From Octopus bimaculoides (Eukaryota), in the NCBI RefSeq assembly GCF_001194135.2, contig NC_068982.1, positions 167,506,060 to 167,553,779 on the forward strand: DNA of 47,720 nucleotides. Reading direction: 5' to 3'. Under the pieces are notes generated by a model, which searched no databases, was not told the DNA's origin, and saw nothing but the letters and a program-made list of their open reading frames with translations. Positions 1 to 11,861 of the stretch are shown here, in pieces (position 1 is the first letter of the stretch; each line of letters starts with the position of its first letter). Both the position numbers and the translations under genes were made by a program.

Positions 1-96
<96 letters not shown>
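1..96. repeat. (ATT)n microsatellite; probable (AAT)n tail of the minus-strand fragment at 97-240
   Basis: Perfect ATT repeat from the window start. Confidence 0.95.
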
Positions 97-98
<2 letters not shown>

Positions 99-238
99 TT
101 ACCCTACATTATATCGGTACAACTTGATGCAACCCTGAAAAACTGGCTCACCAGTCACCATCATTAGACGGTGGCCGGCATAATGAAATAGGAGCTTTCT
201 CTGCATATTCAAAACATTCCTCATAAACAAATTTAAAA

Positions 239-240
<2 letters not shown>
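97..240 (-). mobile_element. Probable 3' end of a retroposon with an (AAT)n tail, family unassigned
   Basis: Unique ~140 bp with (CATA)n (247-308) on its 5' side and (AAT)n on its 3' side; no protein motif recognised. Confidence 0.35.
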
Positions 241-274
<34 letters not shown>

Positions 275-469
275 TGTATGTATGTATGTATGTATGTATG
301 TATGTATGTGTGTAAGCATGCACATATGTATACTCACATATACACACAGGCATAAGCATGGATAGTATTGCATATGTGGACCTTATTACATGTATATATG
401 CATGTGCCTATGTGTGTATGTTTATGCCTGCATGTGTGCATGTATATGCATGTTTACGTAAATTTTAAT

Positions 470-700
470 TACTTGTTTCAGTCATTGAACTGCGGCCATG
501 CTGGAGTACTGCCGTAAAGGGTTTTGTCGATCAGATCGAGTCCAGTACTTACTTTTATGTTTTTTTCTATGGTTTCTTTTTGTCGAACCGCTTGTAATGG
601 GGAATGTAAACAAACCAACAGAAGCTGTCAAAAAGCTGTGAGAAAAAAATTCTAGCACAAAGATACACACGTGTGCACACATACTGCATACACATATATT

Positions 701-767
<67 letters not shown>

Positions 768-848
768 TCCAAGGCACCACTGTTCGGTGCCTGGACTAAT
801 ATATTCTATTTAAAATCATGTGGCTGCAAAGCCAACTTCTTAATCACA
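470..848 (-). mobile_element. Degraded tRNA-derived SINE, family A, with internal (CA)n at 701-764
   Basis: 470-645 matches the family A tail (tttcagtcatt..ctgcggccatgctggag); 762-848 matches the head (acttgtccaaggcacc..cttcttaatcaca) seen in 23344-23748. Confidence 0.7.
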
Positions 849-930
849 TGTTCATGCCTATATACATGTATGTATGTATGTATGTATGTATGTATGTATG
901 TATGTATGGACTTAGCATGTTTTTTAATAT

Positions 931-1073
931 GTGATCCCAAACATCAATATCAGGTCAGTTGTGTTCTAATTTGATGGTAGATTTTATACTTAGGTTCACC
1001 CATTATCCATTCCCTTGAGCCATCAGTCACAACATATTCCACCCAATTTGACTTTATTTTCATCTTCCGTGAG
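931..1073 (-). pseudogene. Fragment of a restriction-like endonuclease from an R4-type element
   Basis: Minus strand translates to WVNLSIKSTIKLEHN*PDIDVWDH, similar to WWSVPVKTSIQCKHNRPDIMIWDR of the adjacent element; flanked by (TATG)n at 866-908 and 1074-1128. Confidence 0.7.
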
Positions 1074-1321
1074 TATGTATGTATGTATGTATGTATGTAT
1101 GTATGTATGTGTGTATGTATGTATGTATACGTGCAAATTTGTATGTTTTGCTTTATGTATGTCTACTCATGCACATATTTGCATATGTAGACATGCTCAT
1201 GTGTATTTAAATGATAAACTTCTAGAAAGTTTTACAGATTTACATACCCCAGGGACCCAGTAATTACAGGTATGAACCTGAACTTGTAATCTGGATAGAG
1301 TAACTGCAGATTTCTCAATAG

Positions 1322-2059
1322 TTAAGCACAGGTGTTTTCTTTTTCATTGATATTCAGCTTTATGTTAACATCCGCTGGGCAGCTGATTTCCACAACTGTG
1401 CACAGTTTCTCTTCTCTATCCCAGATCATTATATCAGGTCTGTTGTGCTTACATTGTATTGAGGTCTTCACTGGGACACTCCACCAGTATTCCCTTCTTT
1501 TATGAGTGGCTATGACTTCTACCATATTGTGGATTCTTATTTCTTCGGGATTATCCTTCCGACGGATTTGGTTGTTGAGTGTCCTAGCTATAACATCATG
1601 TCTCATCAGTAGATGATACTGTGAAGACATTTTTGGACAACTGCTTATGATGTGGGTGATATCTTCACTGCTTTGATGATCAATGTTACTAACATCCCGG
1701 AGCTTTCTACTAACATATCCATGCGTAGTCTTCTGCTCATATAGGCTCATCATTTTATCTGATGATACGTTGCGGGTAGAGTCGTGCGACTTCTTTGGGC
1801 ATGTATTGTAGGTTATCAAAGAATGTTGCTCAAGGACTTGCCTTCCAACTCTTATGATGTTATCAGCCTCATGTATGCAAACTTGGTCAAGGGATGTACT
1901 TCGACATTTGATGGTTAAAAGATGTTGCCGAAGGGATATGATGCGACATTCAAAGGCATTTTGGATTGACGTTAAGCATCTGCCGCTTTGTTTTCGTTTT
2001 AAGTAGAAGCTGTTTATGTAGAAATTATGTGTGCTTGTTAGTATTTTTCGGATTTTCAC
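1322..2059 (-). pseudogene. C-terminal zinc knuckle remnant and PD-(D/E)xK restriction-like endonuclease of R4-like copy 1
   Basis: HIISSCP, RHD, WWSVPV, RPDI, VEISCPAD motifs. Confidence 0.9.
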
Positions 2060-2170
2060 ATCGATAGCTCGGATCTCATCAAGCGTTCAGTCAAGCAGTC
2101 CAAATGTTGGTATGAGTACTGACACTGCAAACACATTGTGGGCCACTGTTTTATTGAATGCAGAGAGTTC

Positions 2171-2680
2171 TCAGGTCCACATTTTCTTTATTCGGCTGTA
2201 ATAATCTTTAGTGACTTGTGTTTTGTTACAGGTGACATCGTAAGATATGCTTTCATTCACCCCAACATACCTGTAACATTCCTCGTCAGATACAAAGGAA
2301 ACAGTTAAATCATTGATGGGGATGTTACTGCTCTGGTTTATAGTTTTCCTCCTTTTCACAACCATATAACAACATTTATCCTGACCAAACTCCAACTCTA
2401 CATCCTTTGAGAATGTTGTAACTGAGTCAAGACTCTTTTTCATCTCATGCATATTCTTTGCATAAAGTTTTAAGTCATCCACAAACAAACAGTGTGTAAT
2501 TTTGGTATTTCTGTTTCTTTGTGGACCAGTGAGATATCCTTCAGATTTCCTTAACATGAATGACAAGGGGTTTACAGAAAGTGTAAACAACATCACAGAG
2601 AGGCTGTCTCCTTGGTATATGCCTTTGCGATACTGTATTCTATTGGTGATGATACAGTCACTCTTTGTGTTTAATTCCAA
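2171..2680 (-). pseudogene. Reverse transcriptase core of R4-like copy 1
   Basis: QGDSLS and FVDD motifs, then EFGQDKC and CYRYVG. Confidence 0.92.
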
Positions 2681-4046
2681 GATGGTGGCTCACGGTGAAG
2701 TCAAGTCAGCTATGGTTTTGACTAAGCTCACTGGAACTTTAGGAAATTGAAAGGCTTTTAACATCTATATGTGAGGAACACCTTTGACATCACAGTTTTG
2801 TTAACAATTGCTCGGCACATCTCCAGCTGCTTGTTCTGCTGTGATAATGTCATTAGTTTCACAATGGTCCTGGAGGAAGAGGTTTAAACATGCTGCATAT
2901 ATCTTATACATTAAGTTCTGGAATGTTTTTTGCCATGTGGGTAGTTCTGCATTTGGGGATCAATTTTGTCTCTGCCAGAGCTAACCAGCGTGGTATGCTA
3001 TTGTTCCCAATGAGAGCTTGCTGGTACAGATTGACAAGTTATGGTCAGGAGAATGTTAGCTTCTCGTACCGCTATCCAACAATCATATCTCTTCCAGATG
3101 CATTTCGATCCTGGAGTTTGTGAATCACAGTTGCAAGAGTTCCACCATCAATGTTGTATGTCTTGGGTGTAACGCAAGAGCAATATTTTTTCAGATTTCT
3201 TCCAGCCACAGAGCATCTTGGTTAAATTCTTTCTCTTAGCTCCAGATTTCTCTCCAGAAGGAGCTTCCGTGATGTTTACTGCTCTCCCAGTCATGTCACT
3301 GTATACTGCTTCCTGGTTACGGTTAAATTTTTTGTTTATAGTTTCTTCTCTCTGTTATTCTCTTCTGATGTCGGAGCTGACAGCTTTCAGCTCCTGCTTG
3401 AGGATAATCAGTCTGCAAGTGAGCGTCCTCTTTTTACTGTCTCCAAACATCATTTTTATCTCCTTTACTTTCTGTTGGTGGAAAGTATAATGACTTGCTT
3501 GTTTACATGCAATAAGCGTCATTACATGACGGATAGTCTTCCGTAAACCAGTTATCTTTTTCTCTGTCTTCAAAACCCATGGTGGCACTTTCTTTGGAAT
3601 TTCGGTTTTGTTTACTTTTTTAATATCAATCATGTACTGTTTTGCAATAGTAACTAGTGCATATAGACAGGCGTTAATCTGCCAGTATGTGGGTTCATCA
3701 CACTGTTGTAAATACTCATCACCAATTTCGTTAACAGCTTTTAATACCGTATCTGGTGGTTTTTCACTTTCTTTGGTAGAGAATACTTTCTCTTCGAGAG
3801 AGTACTTCAAAGCCAAAATGATTTTTTCTCGGAAAATTCCCGTAAGGGCACACTTCAACGGCGTATAATCCTGACTACCACTACTACTACTACTACTACA
3901 ATAATCGTTGCGGTTGTGCCTGCTATTTACCATAGTCGTAGTAGGGGGACAGTCGTCAGTTACTTGAGCCAGTTGTGTAGGTTGGCTGGCAGGCACTATG
4001 GAATCTGTTGGAATGTCGCTAGCTGCAAAACTATGTGGTGTTCTTA

Positions 4047-4047
<1 letters not shown>

Positions 4048-4077
<30 letters not shown>

Positions 4078-4155
4078 TGTATGTATGTATGTATGTATGT
4101 ATGTGTGTGTGTATGTATGTATGTGTGTATGTATGTATGTATGTATGTATGTATG
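4048..4155. repeat. (TATG)n / (CATA)n tract at the 5' junction of R4-like copy 1
   Basis: Direct reading; a second tract at 1074-1128 abuts the 3' end of the same element. Confidence 0.95.
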
Positions 4156-4159
4156 TTTT

Positions 4160-4215
4160 GTTTGACTTGTTTCAGTCATTTAGTTGCAGCCATGTTGGGG
4201 CATCGCCTTGATGTA
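4160..4215 (-). mobile_element. SINE family A 3' tail fragment
   Basis: ttgtttcagtcatttagttgcagccatgttggggcatcgcc matches the reverse complement of the family A tail. Confidence 0.7.
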
Positions 4216-4435
4216 TGTATAGTATCGTTTTTGTTTTTTGTATGTACGTAGGGTATATATGTATGTACGGCTTTCAGCCAATGTCTCCTAGATATGTATG
4301 TATGTATGTATATATGCATGTATGTATGTATGTATGTGTGTGTGTGTGTATGTATGTATGTATGCATGTACGTATGTACGTATGTATATATGTATGTATG
4401 TGTGTATGTATGTATGCATGTATGCGGGTATATAT

Positions 4436-4800
4436 GTACAGATTTCGGCCAACGTCTCGCAGATATTTCATATCAATCTCCAAAGTTGTATGCTTTCCTT
4501 TTAAGGCATCCTTAAATCACTTTCTAAATTTATGCTGAGGCCTTTTCTCTCTGGTCAGTTCCCCATAAAACATCTGCTTGGACATCCTTCCGTATTCCAT
4601 CCTGACAAAATAACCAGTCCAACGCATCTTGATCAAAATTATCCTTTTCTCAATAGTGGCACTGCGGGGCTCACAAGTACAACAACATAAGGTGTATAAG
4701 AGGATGACTTTGTGTTCACGATGCACCAGATACAATGCAGTACATCATTGAGAGACAATATCAAATACAAATGAGGTGTCTTTGAATAAAAGCGAATGAA
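4436..4800 (-). mobile_element. RTE-clade LINE fragment (C-terminal part of RT ORF)
   Basis: IILIKMRWTGYFVRMEYGRMSKQMFYGELTREKRPQHK..FKDALK resembles the RTE LRWAGHVVRM..PKQLFYGEL..GKR..RFKD motif. Confidence 0.85.
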
Positions 4801-4876
4801 GTATGCTGTTTTAAAGCTTTCGCTCCGTTAGCGAGACCCAAGTGCAGTTCCTGCAGAAACGCAGCAGGAATTGGAG

Positions 4877-4951
4877 TGCAATGTGAGTGGATGATTTCTT
4901 CTCTCACGAGCTGGGTTTGTTAGCCATTTAAAGTCACATGAGAGAACTAAG
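4877..4951 (+). pseudogene. Degenerate C2H2-like motif, probably an RTE 3' end
   Basis: CNVSG*FLLSRAGFVSHLKSHER resembles the CxxC..SRxGLxSHxRxH terminus of RTE ORF2. Confidence 0.4.
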
Positions 4952-5171
4952 GGTCCCATCTGAACGTTCCTGCAGAACGAGAGCTTGACTGAAAAGCTAC
5001 CCGCGTGCATATGACCGTGCAATGTTTAATGTAGAATTGGCAAGAAGTCGCAATCAGCGTATATATATGTCCACGCACACACACACATACATATACTAAC
5101 ATAGAAGCGCATACACACATACACACACATACGCGTATATGTATTATGCACGCGCATGCATGTATTGACGC

Positions 5172-5430
5172 AGGCGTAGCTGAGGTTAAGAAATTTGCTT
5201 CGTAATCGCGAGATCCTTGGTTCAATTTCATTGCTTTAACTACAGCCTTGAGACGAACCAAGTCGGTAAATATGTATTTTAACTGTCCTGCTTTCTTACA
5301 ATCTGTTACGATTCTACCTGAGAATACGTTAAGGTACACTTGTCTCTGGAATACTCAACCGATTTGCAACTGGATTCGATAAAATAAGTACCAGTGAAAT
5401 ACTGAGGTTGAATAAACGACTTTACCCTCT
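5172..5430 (+). mobile_element. Highly degraded SINE remnants (A-like head, B-like body)
   Basis: aggcgtagctgaggttaagaaatttgcttc..ggttcaatttc head; gattcgataaaataagtaccagtgaaatactgaggttg body motif. Confidence 0.45.
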
Positions 5431-6277
5431 ATGACTGTAATTACAATTTTGAGCTACCATGCCGAGCTGCAGGTTATATATGATTATTTAGAGATCTCTG
5501 ATTTTGTTTGTGGAGCTTAGGATTAAAGAGTGACAGATGTAAAATTAGATATTCTGTCAGTGTGTATGTATATAAAGTTTTATAGTCGATACTTAAAGCT
5601 TCCATTTTAATATATATTATACGACAATCAAAGGAACACCGAATTATACAATTCTTTTAATGCCACAATTCTCCAAAGACTTGTTACCAATTCAATTAGA
5701 ATCTCTCAGATTCTGATAATGGTTTAGTTAATTAATAATTATTCATCACATAAAATTTACCATATTATTAGTTGAAATGTCTTATCTAAGCTGCCATCAC
5801 TTCTTATTCTCAAGGGGGAAGTAGTGGCAATAATTAAGATACAAAGTGATAGAAAAGGCAATAAAATGAGCAGACAAAATAATTTGTATTTGTAATCAAT
5901 TAAACTTTGGCTACGTTTCAAAAGTGTCCCGCCCTCCACATCCACTATCTTCTAATTTGGTTTCTTATGCAGTCAAAATGCATTAAATATAGGAGATGAA
6001 ACATAGAAAGTTGTGACGTTCATGTTTGCTCAAGAGCAATGTATTATTCGAGACTTAAAGCTAGGTTTGCGCAGACACACTTTCTGTTGTTATCCTCTTT
6101 GTTATCGTTTCGTTCAATGCTGCATAACAGTCCATCCTTGCAAGGTTCCAATATCGTAAGTTTTTCTACGAGAAACGGTTGCTAATACTTCGCTCAACTC
6201 TCCTTCATTTCTTGACGAAGGGTTGCTGCTATGTGTGGTCCTATTAGACCACATTCATGACGCAATCCAGCCTCTTT

Positions 6278-6286
6278 CTTTTTCTT

Positions 6287-6349
<63 letters not shown>

Positions 6350-6545
6350 CTCGAAGAGTAAGAGAGAGTAATAGATACAGAGAAAGAGAGTAATAAAGAG
6401 AAATAGAGTAATAGAAAGAGAAAGAGAGNNNNNNNNNNAAGAAGAAGAAGAAGAAGAAGAAGAAGAAGAAGAAGAAGAAGAAGAAGAAGAAGAAGAAGAA
6501 GAAGAAGAAGAAGAAGAAGAAGAAGAAGAAGAAGAAGAAGAAGAA
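6278..6545. repeat. Compound microsatellite (TTTC)n / AG-rich / (GAA)n with a 10-N gap
   Basis: Direct reading. Confidence 0.9.
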
Positions 6546-6685
6546 TCGACTTAAGTACTTGACTAGTACTTTATAAACCCGGAAGTGTGATAATCAAGCT
6601 TGAATTCAGAATGCAGAGAATCGGAACAAATACCTCAAGGCCTTCGATATTTGCTGCACCTACCGACTTTGCCGATTCGCCGCCT
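6546..6685 (-). mobile_element. Degraded SINE family B
   Basis: tgaattcagaatgcagag..aaatacc..ccgactttgccgattcgccgcc matches the reverse complement of the family B head. Confidence 0.55.
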
Positions 6686-7224
6686 TGTTATTATCTTCCA
6701 TATCTACTATTTCTTAACAAAGGAACCTCTATGCAGTCACGCATCCGGCTAGAAACAGGAGCCAAATAATACTAAACAGTTTTAAATAAGAGAAGAATCT
6801 TTGGAGAATGTGGTCCTGGATGTACCATGCCTATCAAAACGATAGAATTGTCATGGATGGAAGGCATTTAATTGTTTGTCTTCTCGATCGAGCTAAACTT
6901 TTTAAGCAATAGTAAAAGTTATAGACTCCGATCATATATTTATAATTAAATACGCTTCTACGATAGCCATAATTTTCTCAAAATAATTAGTGGCATATAC
7001 GAAATGATTTCATATGGAGATAAAACCGACTTGACTCACAAACTTGGTACTCCGAAAGTTCGCTGACGGCTCTATGAAGTTTAGCTTGCAGCTGATAACT
7101 TTAACCAGGAATGCTTAAATTCGAAAGTCAAAGTCTCTGGCGAATGATATTACGATACTTGGTAATACTGATAAGAGATAATTGTCATCGCTAACAATTA
7201 ACAATACTTTAGTTGATAATATTG

Positions 7225-7439
7225 CTTTTAAGTTTTGGTACAAGACCAGTAATTTCGAGGTACGGGCTAAACCAATTACATCGACCCCCAGTGTTCAACA
7301 GGTACTTTTTTTTATAGACTCCGAAAGGATGAAAGGCCAAATCGACCTCAGCAGAATTTCTACTCAGAACGTAAAGACTGACAAAATGCCGCTAAGCATT
7401 TTGTCCGACATTCTAACGATTCTGCCAGCTCGCCGCTTT
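7225..7439 (-). mobile_element. SINE family B monomer with a 19-bp target-site duplication
   Basis: Body matches 38983-39130; flanked by actttagttga(t/c)aatattg at 7206-7224 and 7440-7458. Confidence 0.9.
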
Positions 7440-7749
7440 ACTTTAGTTGACAATATTGACCAGAGTTAATTTTGATTATACTCCCGAACTCTGTTTTAAC
7501 GCCTACTGCTATTTTTCCAACCAATCATCTTTGACGTCAGCTTTTTGATGGCTGATACAGACAAAAAGAAAACTTTAATTTTCACGTTTAAAGACTTCAT
7601 ATAACATTCAGTACTTTATAGGAGCTACTGTATTTTGACCGGAAGCTATGAGTTTTTAGACTGACGTTTCATAAGACAATTCTCATCCCTCAACTTTCTC
7701 TTTAAGAGGTTGTATGTACCTATTGCAACTGGAAACTCAGTCCTAAATT

Positions 7750-9215
7750 TATATGAAATATTTCATTTCTCATCTTTTGATAACTTCAGTATTTTTTGAT
7801 TCCTACACACAGCACGTATATAACAAATTGTACATCATGTATATCAAACACTAGTAGTGGGAACCCTTGAATAAATCTATGTCCATTCTGAGATTAATTA
7901 TAATCAGTATTTCCACTTCTATCTAAAAGATAGCATAAAGATAAAGATTCTTCTCGAGTCATACAAACTCATAGGCCGGTTTCCGTGGCGTATATATTCC
8001 CCATCTGGGCGGGATGCAGCTCCATCGCAGGATTGCTCATTTTTACTATCTGAGTGGACTGAAGCAACGTGAAATGAAGTTTTTTGATCAAGAACACAAC
8101 GTGTCATTCGGTCCGGTAACCGAAACCACAATCTTACGATCATGAGTTCAACACCGTAACCACTAAGCCACGCGCCTTCACATTTAAAAGATACTTGGAC
8201 GAAAGATCCATATTTTAGAACAGAAGTACGAAAGACCTTACAACATTCCTTATATTAATAGATGACATCTATGAATCGATTCAGTTTACTGTGGAAATGA
8301 ACGAAGGGTCACTTATTTGGATATCCTGATATTAACGAAAATACGGTTGTTACATTCGATCTCTTCTGTAAAGACACGAACATATATCAATATTTAGATT
8401 TTAAACCTTGCCACTCGTCCTCTGTTAAAATGAACATCCTATTTAGTATGACAATATGTATATGTTCAATAGTAACGGACACAAATAGATGAGAGAGACA
8501 ACTGTCGTCTCATTCAGAAGCAGAAATATTTGAAAAAAATCAGTAAATCATTTCATTATCAAGAGAAAAGAGATCCTAATCTCTATCTTACTGACAAATC
8601 TTTACAATGATGGCAAAGACAAAAACAAAAGCACGAAATGTTCATTCTGTAGTCACTCATAATAGTAGAAACTAGCATTTTACATTCGGCCAAACGATGC
8701 CTTCCAAATCTATACCAATCATCAAATCTCAGAAAAATAATTAAAGAATCATAAATTTTTAACAGCTGAAGGCAACTACCATATCTTAAAAGACTCTTAA
8801 CGAAGGGGAAATATACACCAGAAGAAGAAATGATGCAGGAAATACAGAAATACAGAAATAAGTAAACAGGGAAACACCAAAAATTTAAGAGCTGGAAGAA
8901 ATTGAAAGTTAATGCAAACAGGAATTGTAAAATAGAAAAAAAAATATCTCGTTTAGTGCATCACATGCCAACAGTACGACGAGAATAATATCAAACAAAC
9001 GGGATCAAGAATAATACATCAGATTAAAGTAGATAAATAACAAATTAAAGATTATCTCTGACAAATGTTCCATTAAGTGACCAGTTAAACGTTTGTGCAA
9101 ATGAAAACTCCAAATCATTTCCTACTTTCAAAATACAAGAAGAAAATCATCAATTACGAAAGGTAAAAAAAGCATACTTTATAAGAATTCGAAATCCAAA
9201 ACAAAATCGGAAATA
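7750..9215 (+). mobile_element. Degraded Penelope-like element (RT to GIY-YIG C-terminus), interrupted by a SINE
   Basis: Manual translation across frameshifts: TLVVGTLE*IY, KRYLD, SIQFTVEM..YLDILI, YQYLDFKPCH..VKMNILF, and near 9060-9200 a PLS..CA..LRKVK..YFI-like tail; these follow the order of Penelope RT/EN motifs. Confidence 0.75.
7933..8184 (-). mobile_element. tRNA-derived SINE family C (V-domain-like body) with a 9-bp TSD
   Basis: Minus strand: A-box ggcgcgtggcttagtggtt, B-box-like ggtttcggttacc, body gttgtgttcttga..cctgcgatggagctgcatcccgcccag; flanked by taaaagata at 7924-7932 and 8185-8193. Confidence 0.8.
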
Positions 9216-9448
9216 ATCAACATCATAATTAAAAACCAACTACCTCTATATAAATTACTCTATAACACGTGTGTTTGAAAAGCTGTAAACAGCGTAAGCG
9301 CTTACACAATATGAAAACTTCTTTTCAAAATATATTTATACCATTCTGTTTTTAAAGATATTTTTGCATAAATAATAATTTTAAATGTAAGGAAATCTTT
9401 CTTCAAATATTTGTGACTGTATCAGAGTTCTTTCTAAACACTTTAAAA

Positions 9449-9503
<55 letters not shown>

Positions 9504-10786
9504 CATCCATCCATGTGTGTATGTGAGGATGTGTATGTGTGCGTGTATGCGTGCGAAATGGAGAAAGAGCCGTTTCTAGCCTAGAAACAAGGCTTTTAAT
9601 TATAATTTAGATAACATCAGACAGGGTAACATTTATGTTTGTACATACGTATGTATGTATGTATGTATGTATGGATGGATGGATGCATGTTTTTCTAGTT
9701 TCATTTTTCGAATTTCTCACTAACAGATAAAGAGTTGGTTTCGAGCTTAGGAACAACGTTGTTTCGTTGGAATTTAAACAGCATCAAAAAAAGGTAGTTT
9801 TGCATGCATTTACTTGTATGTATGTATGTATGTATGTATGTATGTATGTATGTATGTATGTAGGTATGTACGTATGTATGCGTGTATGTATGTGTACACG
9901 TACTTATGAATGTATGAATGGATGCCTGCACACATTTATGCATGCATAGATAAATGCCTGTACATATTACGTGTGTATGTGTTTGTGTGTGTGTGTGTGC
10001 GTGTGTGTGCGTGTGTGTGTGCACATACTCAGAAGGGTGCAGGGATGGATGTGGATTTTACTCCAGACTAAAATTCTTGAGACTTTTACATGTTTTGACA
10101 ACGTATTTGATAGCTTGTAGTTGTAATCTCTTGATTAGGAGTGTTGTTTCTGGTTTTTGAAACCCAGCTTCTCAAGATACGTGTATGTATATATGCATGC
10201 ATGCATGATGTATGTACGTATGCATAAATATATGTATATATATCTGTCTGTCGTTCAGTCTATTTATGTATTTATATTTATTCATAAATTTCCCTATCAT
10301 TTTTTTCGTTTTGGTTTTAGAGGTGAGCAGTAGAGATGTGTACAGATACGATCTATATACGTGCATTTGTTCAATAATACAATTGATAGTGTATGTATAA
10401 GTAAACGCTCATACGCATATCCACGCATACATTCTTAAATATATTCATACGCATATAAACACACCTAAATACACCAACGCATTTTTATATATGTATAACA
10501 TGTATACTTTTCTGACATGCCAGAAGACTGAAGTGTTATTTATTTCCCGCCTTCTCTTTTCTACTTCTTTTCTTCCCTTCTCCTTCTAACTGCATGAAGC
10601 ACAAGCCTACATTTATATGCATTTTGTATTTGTATCTTTTATCAGAATATTTTTCTTTTTGATTTCGTTTTTATACGTACGTTTTAAAATTTTGGATACG
10701 TGGGTAGGTGTTGGTTTCTGTATACAGTTAGATGTCGCCTGTGTGCGTGAACGTATTCAATCGTATACATATGTGTATATATGTAT

Positions 10787-10822
<36 letters not shown>

Positions 10823-10996
10823 TTGTTAAATTCTGTAGTTTATGCACGTACGAAATAAATAATGATATGTCCATATTTGCATGTACTTACGCATGCGAAT
10901 GTATGCACATCAATGTGCATGAATACCTACCTACCTACCTACATATCCACCAACCTACCAATATACATACATACATACATACATTATATGTATGCA

Positions 10997-11212
10997 TTCT
11001 TTTACATGTTTCAGTCATTTGACTGTGGCCATGCTGGAGCACCACCTTGAAGAATTTTTAGCCGAATGCATTGACTTCAGCACTTATTTTCTTTTCTTTA
11101 AGAACCTGGTACTCATTCTATCGGTCTCTTTTGCCGAACCGCTAAATTACAGGGACGTAAAGAGGCCAGCACCTGTTGCCAAGCGGTGGTGGAGGACAAA
11201 CTCAGACACAAA
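10997..11212 (-). mobile_element. SINE family A, 3' half
   Basis: tttcagtcatttgactgtggccatgctggagcacc..tctatcggtctcttttgccgaaccgctaa matches 23590-23745. Confidence 0.85.
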
Positions 11213-11285
11213 GACGCGCGCACACCCAACACACACATACACACACATGCACGCACACATATACATACATGCATACATACATACA

Positions 11286-11334
<49 letters not shown>

Positions 11335-11339
11335 TGATG

Positions 11340-11829
11340 AATAACAATTGATCCACATCAAGTATCATTTATTAATTAATTACAAAAACACAGAATCTCG
11401 ACTTACAGCTGTTTCCGTTTGCGTGATTCGTAGGCTTACCCACCACGATAATAATAGTTATCATTGTAAGCAATTAATTATACCAATTTGAATCACGAAC
11501 TTCATCAAAGCGGAAAAGTAAATAGAATACAAAATAAAAAGAAAAAGAAAAAAGGTGAAAACAGTGATAATCAATTCATGCTACATACTGACCCATTGTC
11601 ACCGTTCCCACTTTCTTCTTTTCCTTTTTTTATTTTATTTACTTTTTCTGCTCTGATGAAGTTCCGTGATTCAAATTGGTATAATTAATTGCTTACAACA
11701 ATAACTATTCTTCTTCTTCTTCTTCTTCTTCTTCTTCTTCTTCTTCTTCTTCTTCTTCTTCTTCTTCTTCTTCTTCTTCTTCTTCTTCTTCTTCTTCTTC
11801 TTCTTCTTCTTCTTCTTCTTCTTCTTCTT

Positions 11830-11861
<32 letters not shown>

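Larger units (their letters stand above)
1129..4047 (-). mobile_element. R4/Dong-like non-LTR retrotransposon copy 1 (RT + CCHC + restriction-like endonuclease), frameshifted and internally deleted
   Basis: N-terminal domain (ORF 3355-4179, non-repeat part); FWREIWS motif near 3230-3255; RT motifs KGIYQGDSLS and HCLFVDDLKLY (ORF 2171-2680); EDITHIISSCP..RHD knuckle and HNRPDI..EISCPAD..EK endonuclease (ORF 1322-2059); terminal ICKTF*KFII* near 1207. Confidence 0.92.

Noticed and set aside
6100-6270. About 50-codon open frame on minus and a small tgtggtc/gaccaca hairpin
   Set aside because: No recognisable domain; a 7-bp stem is expected by chance.
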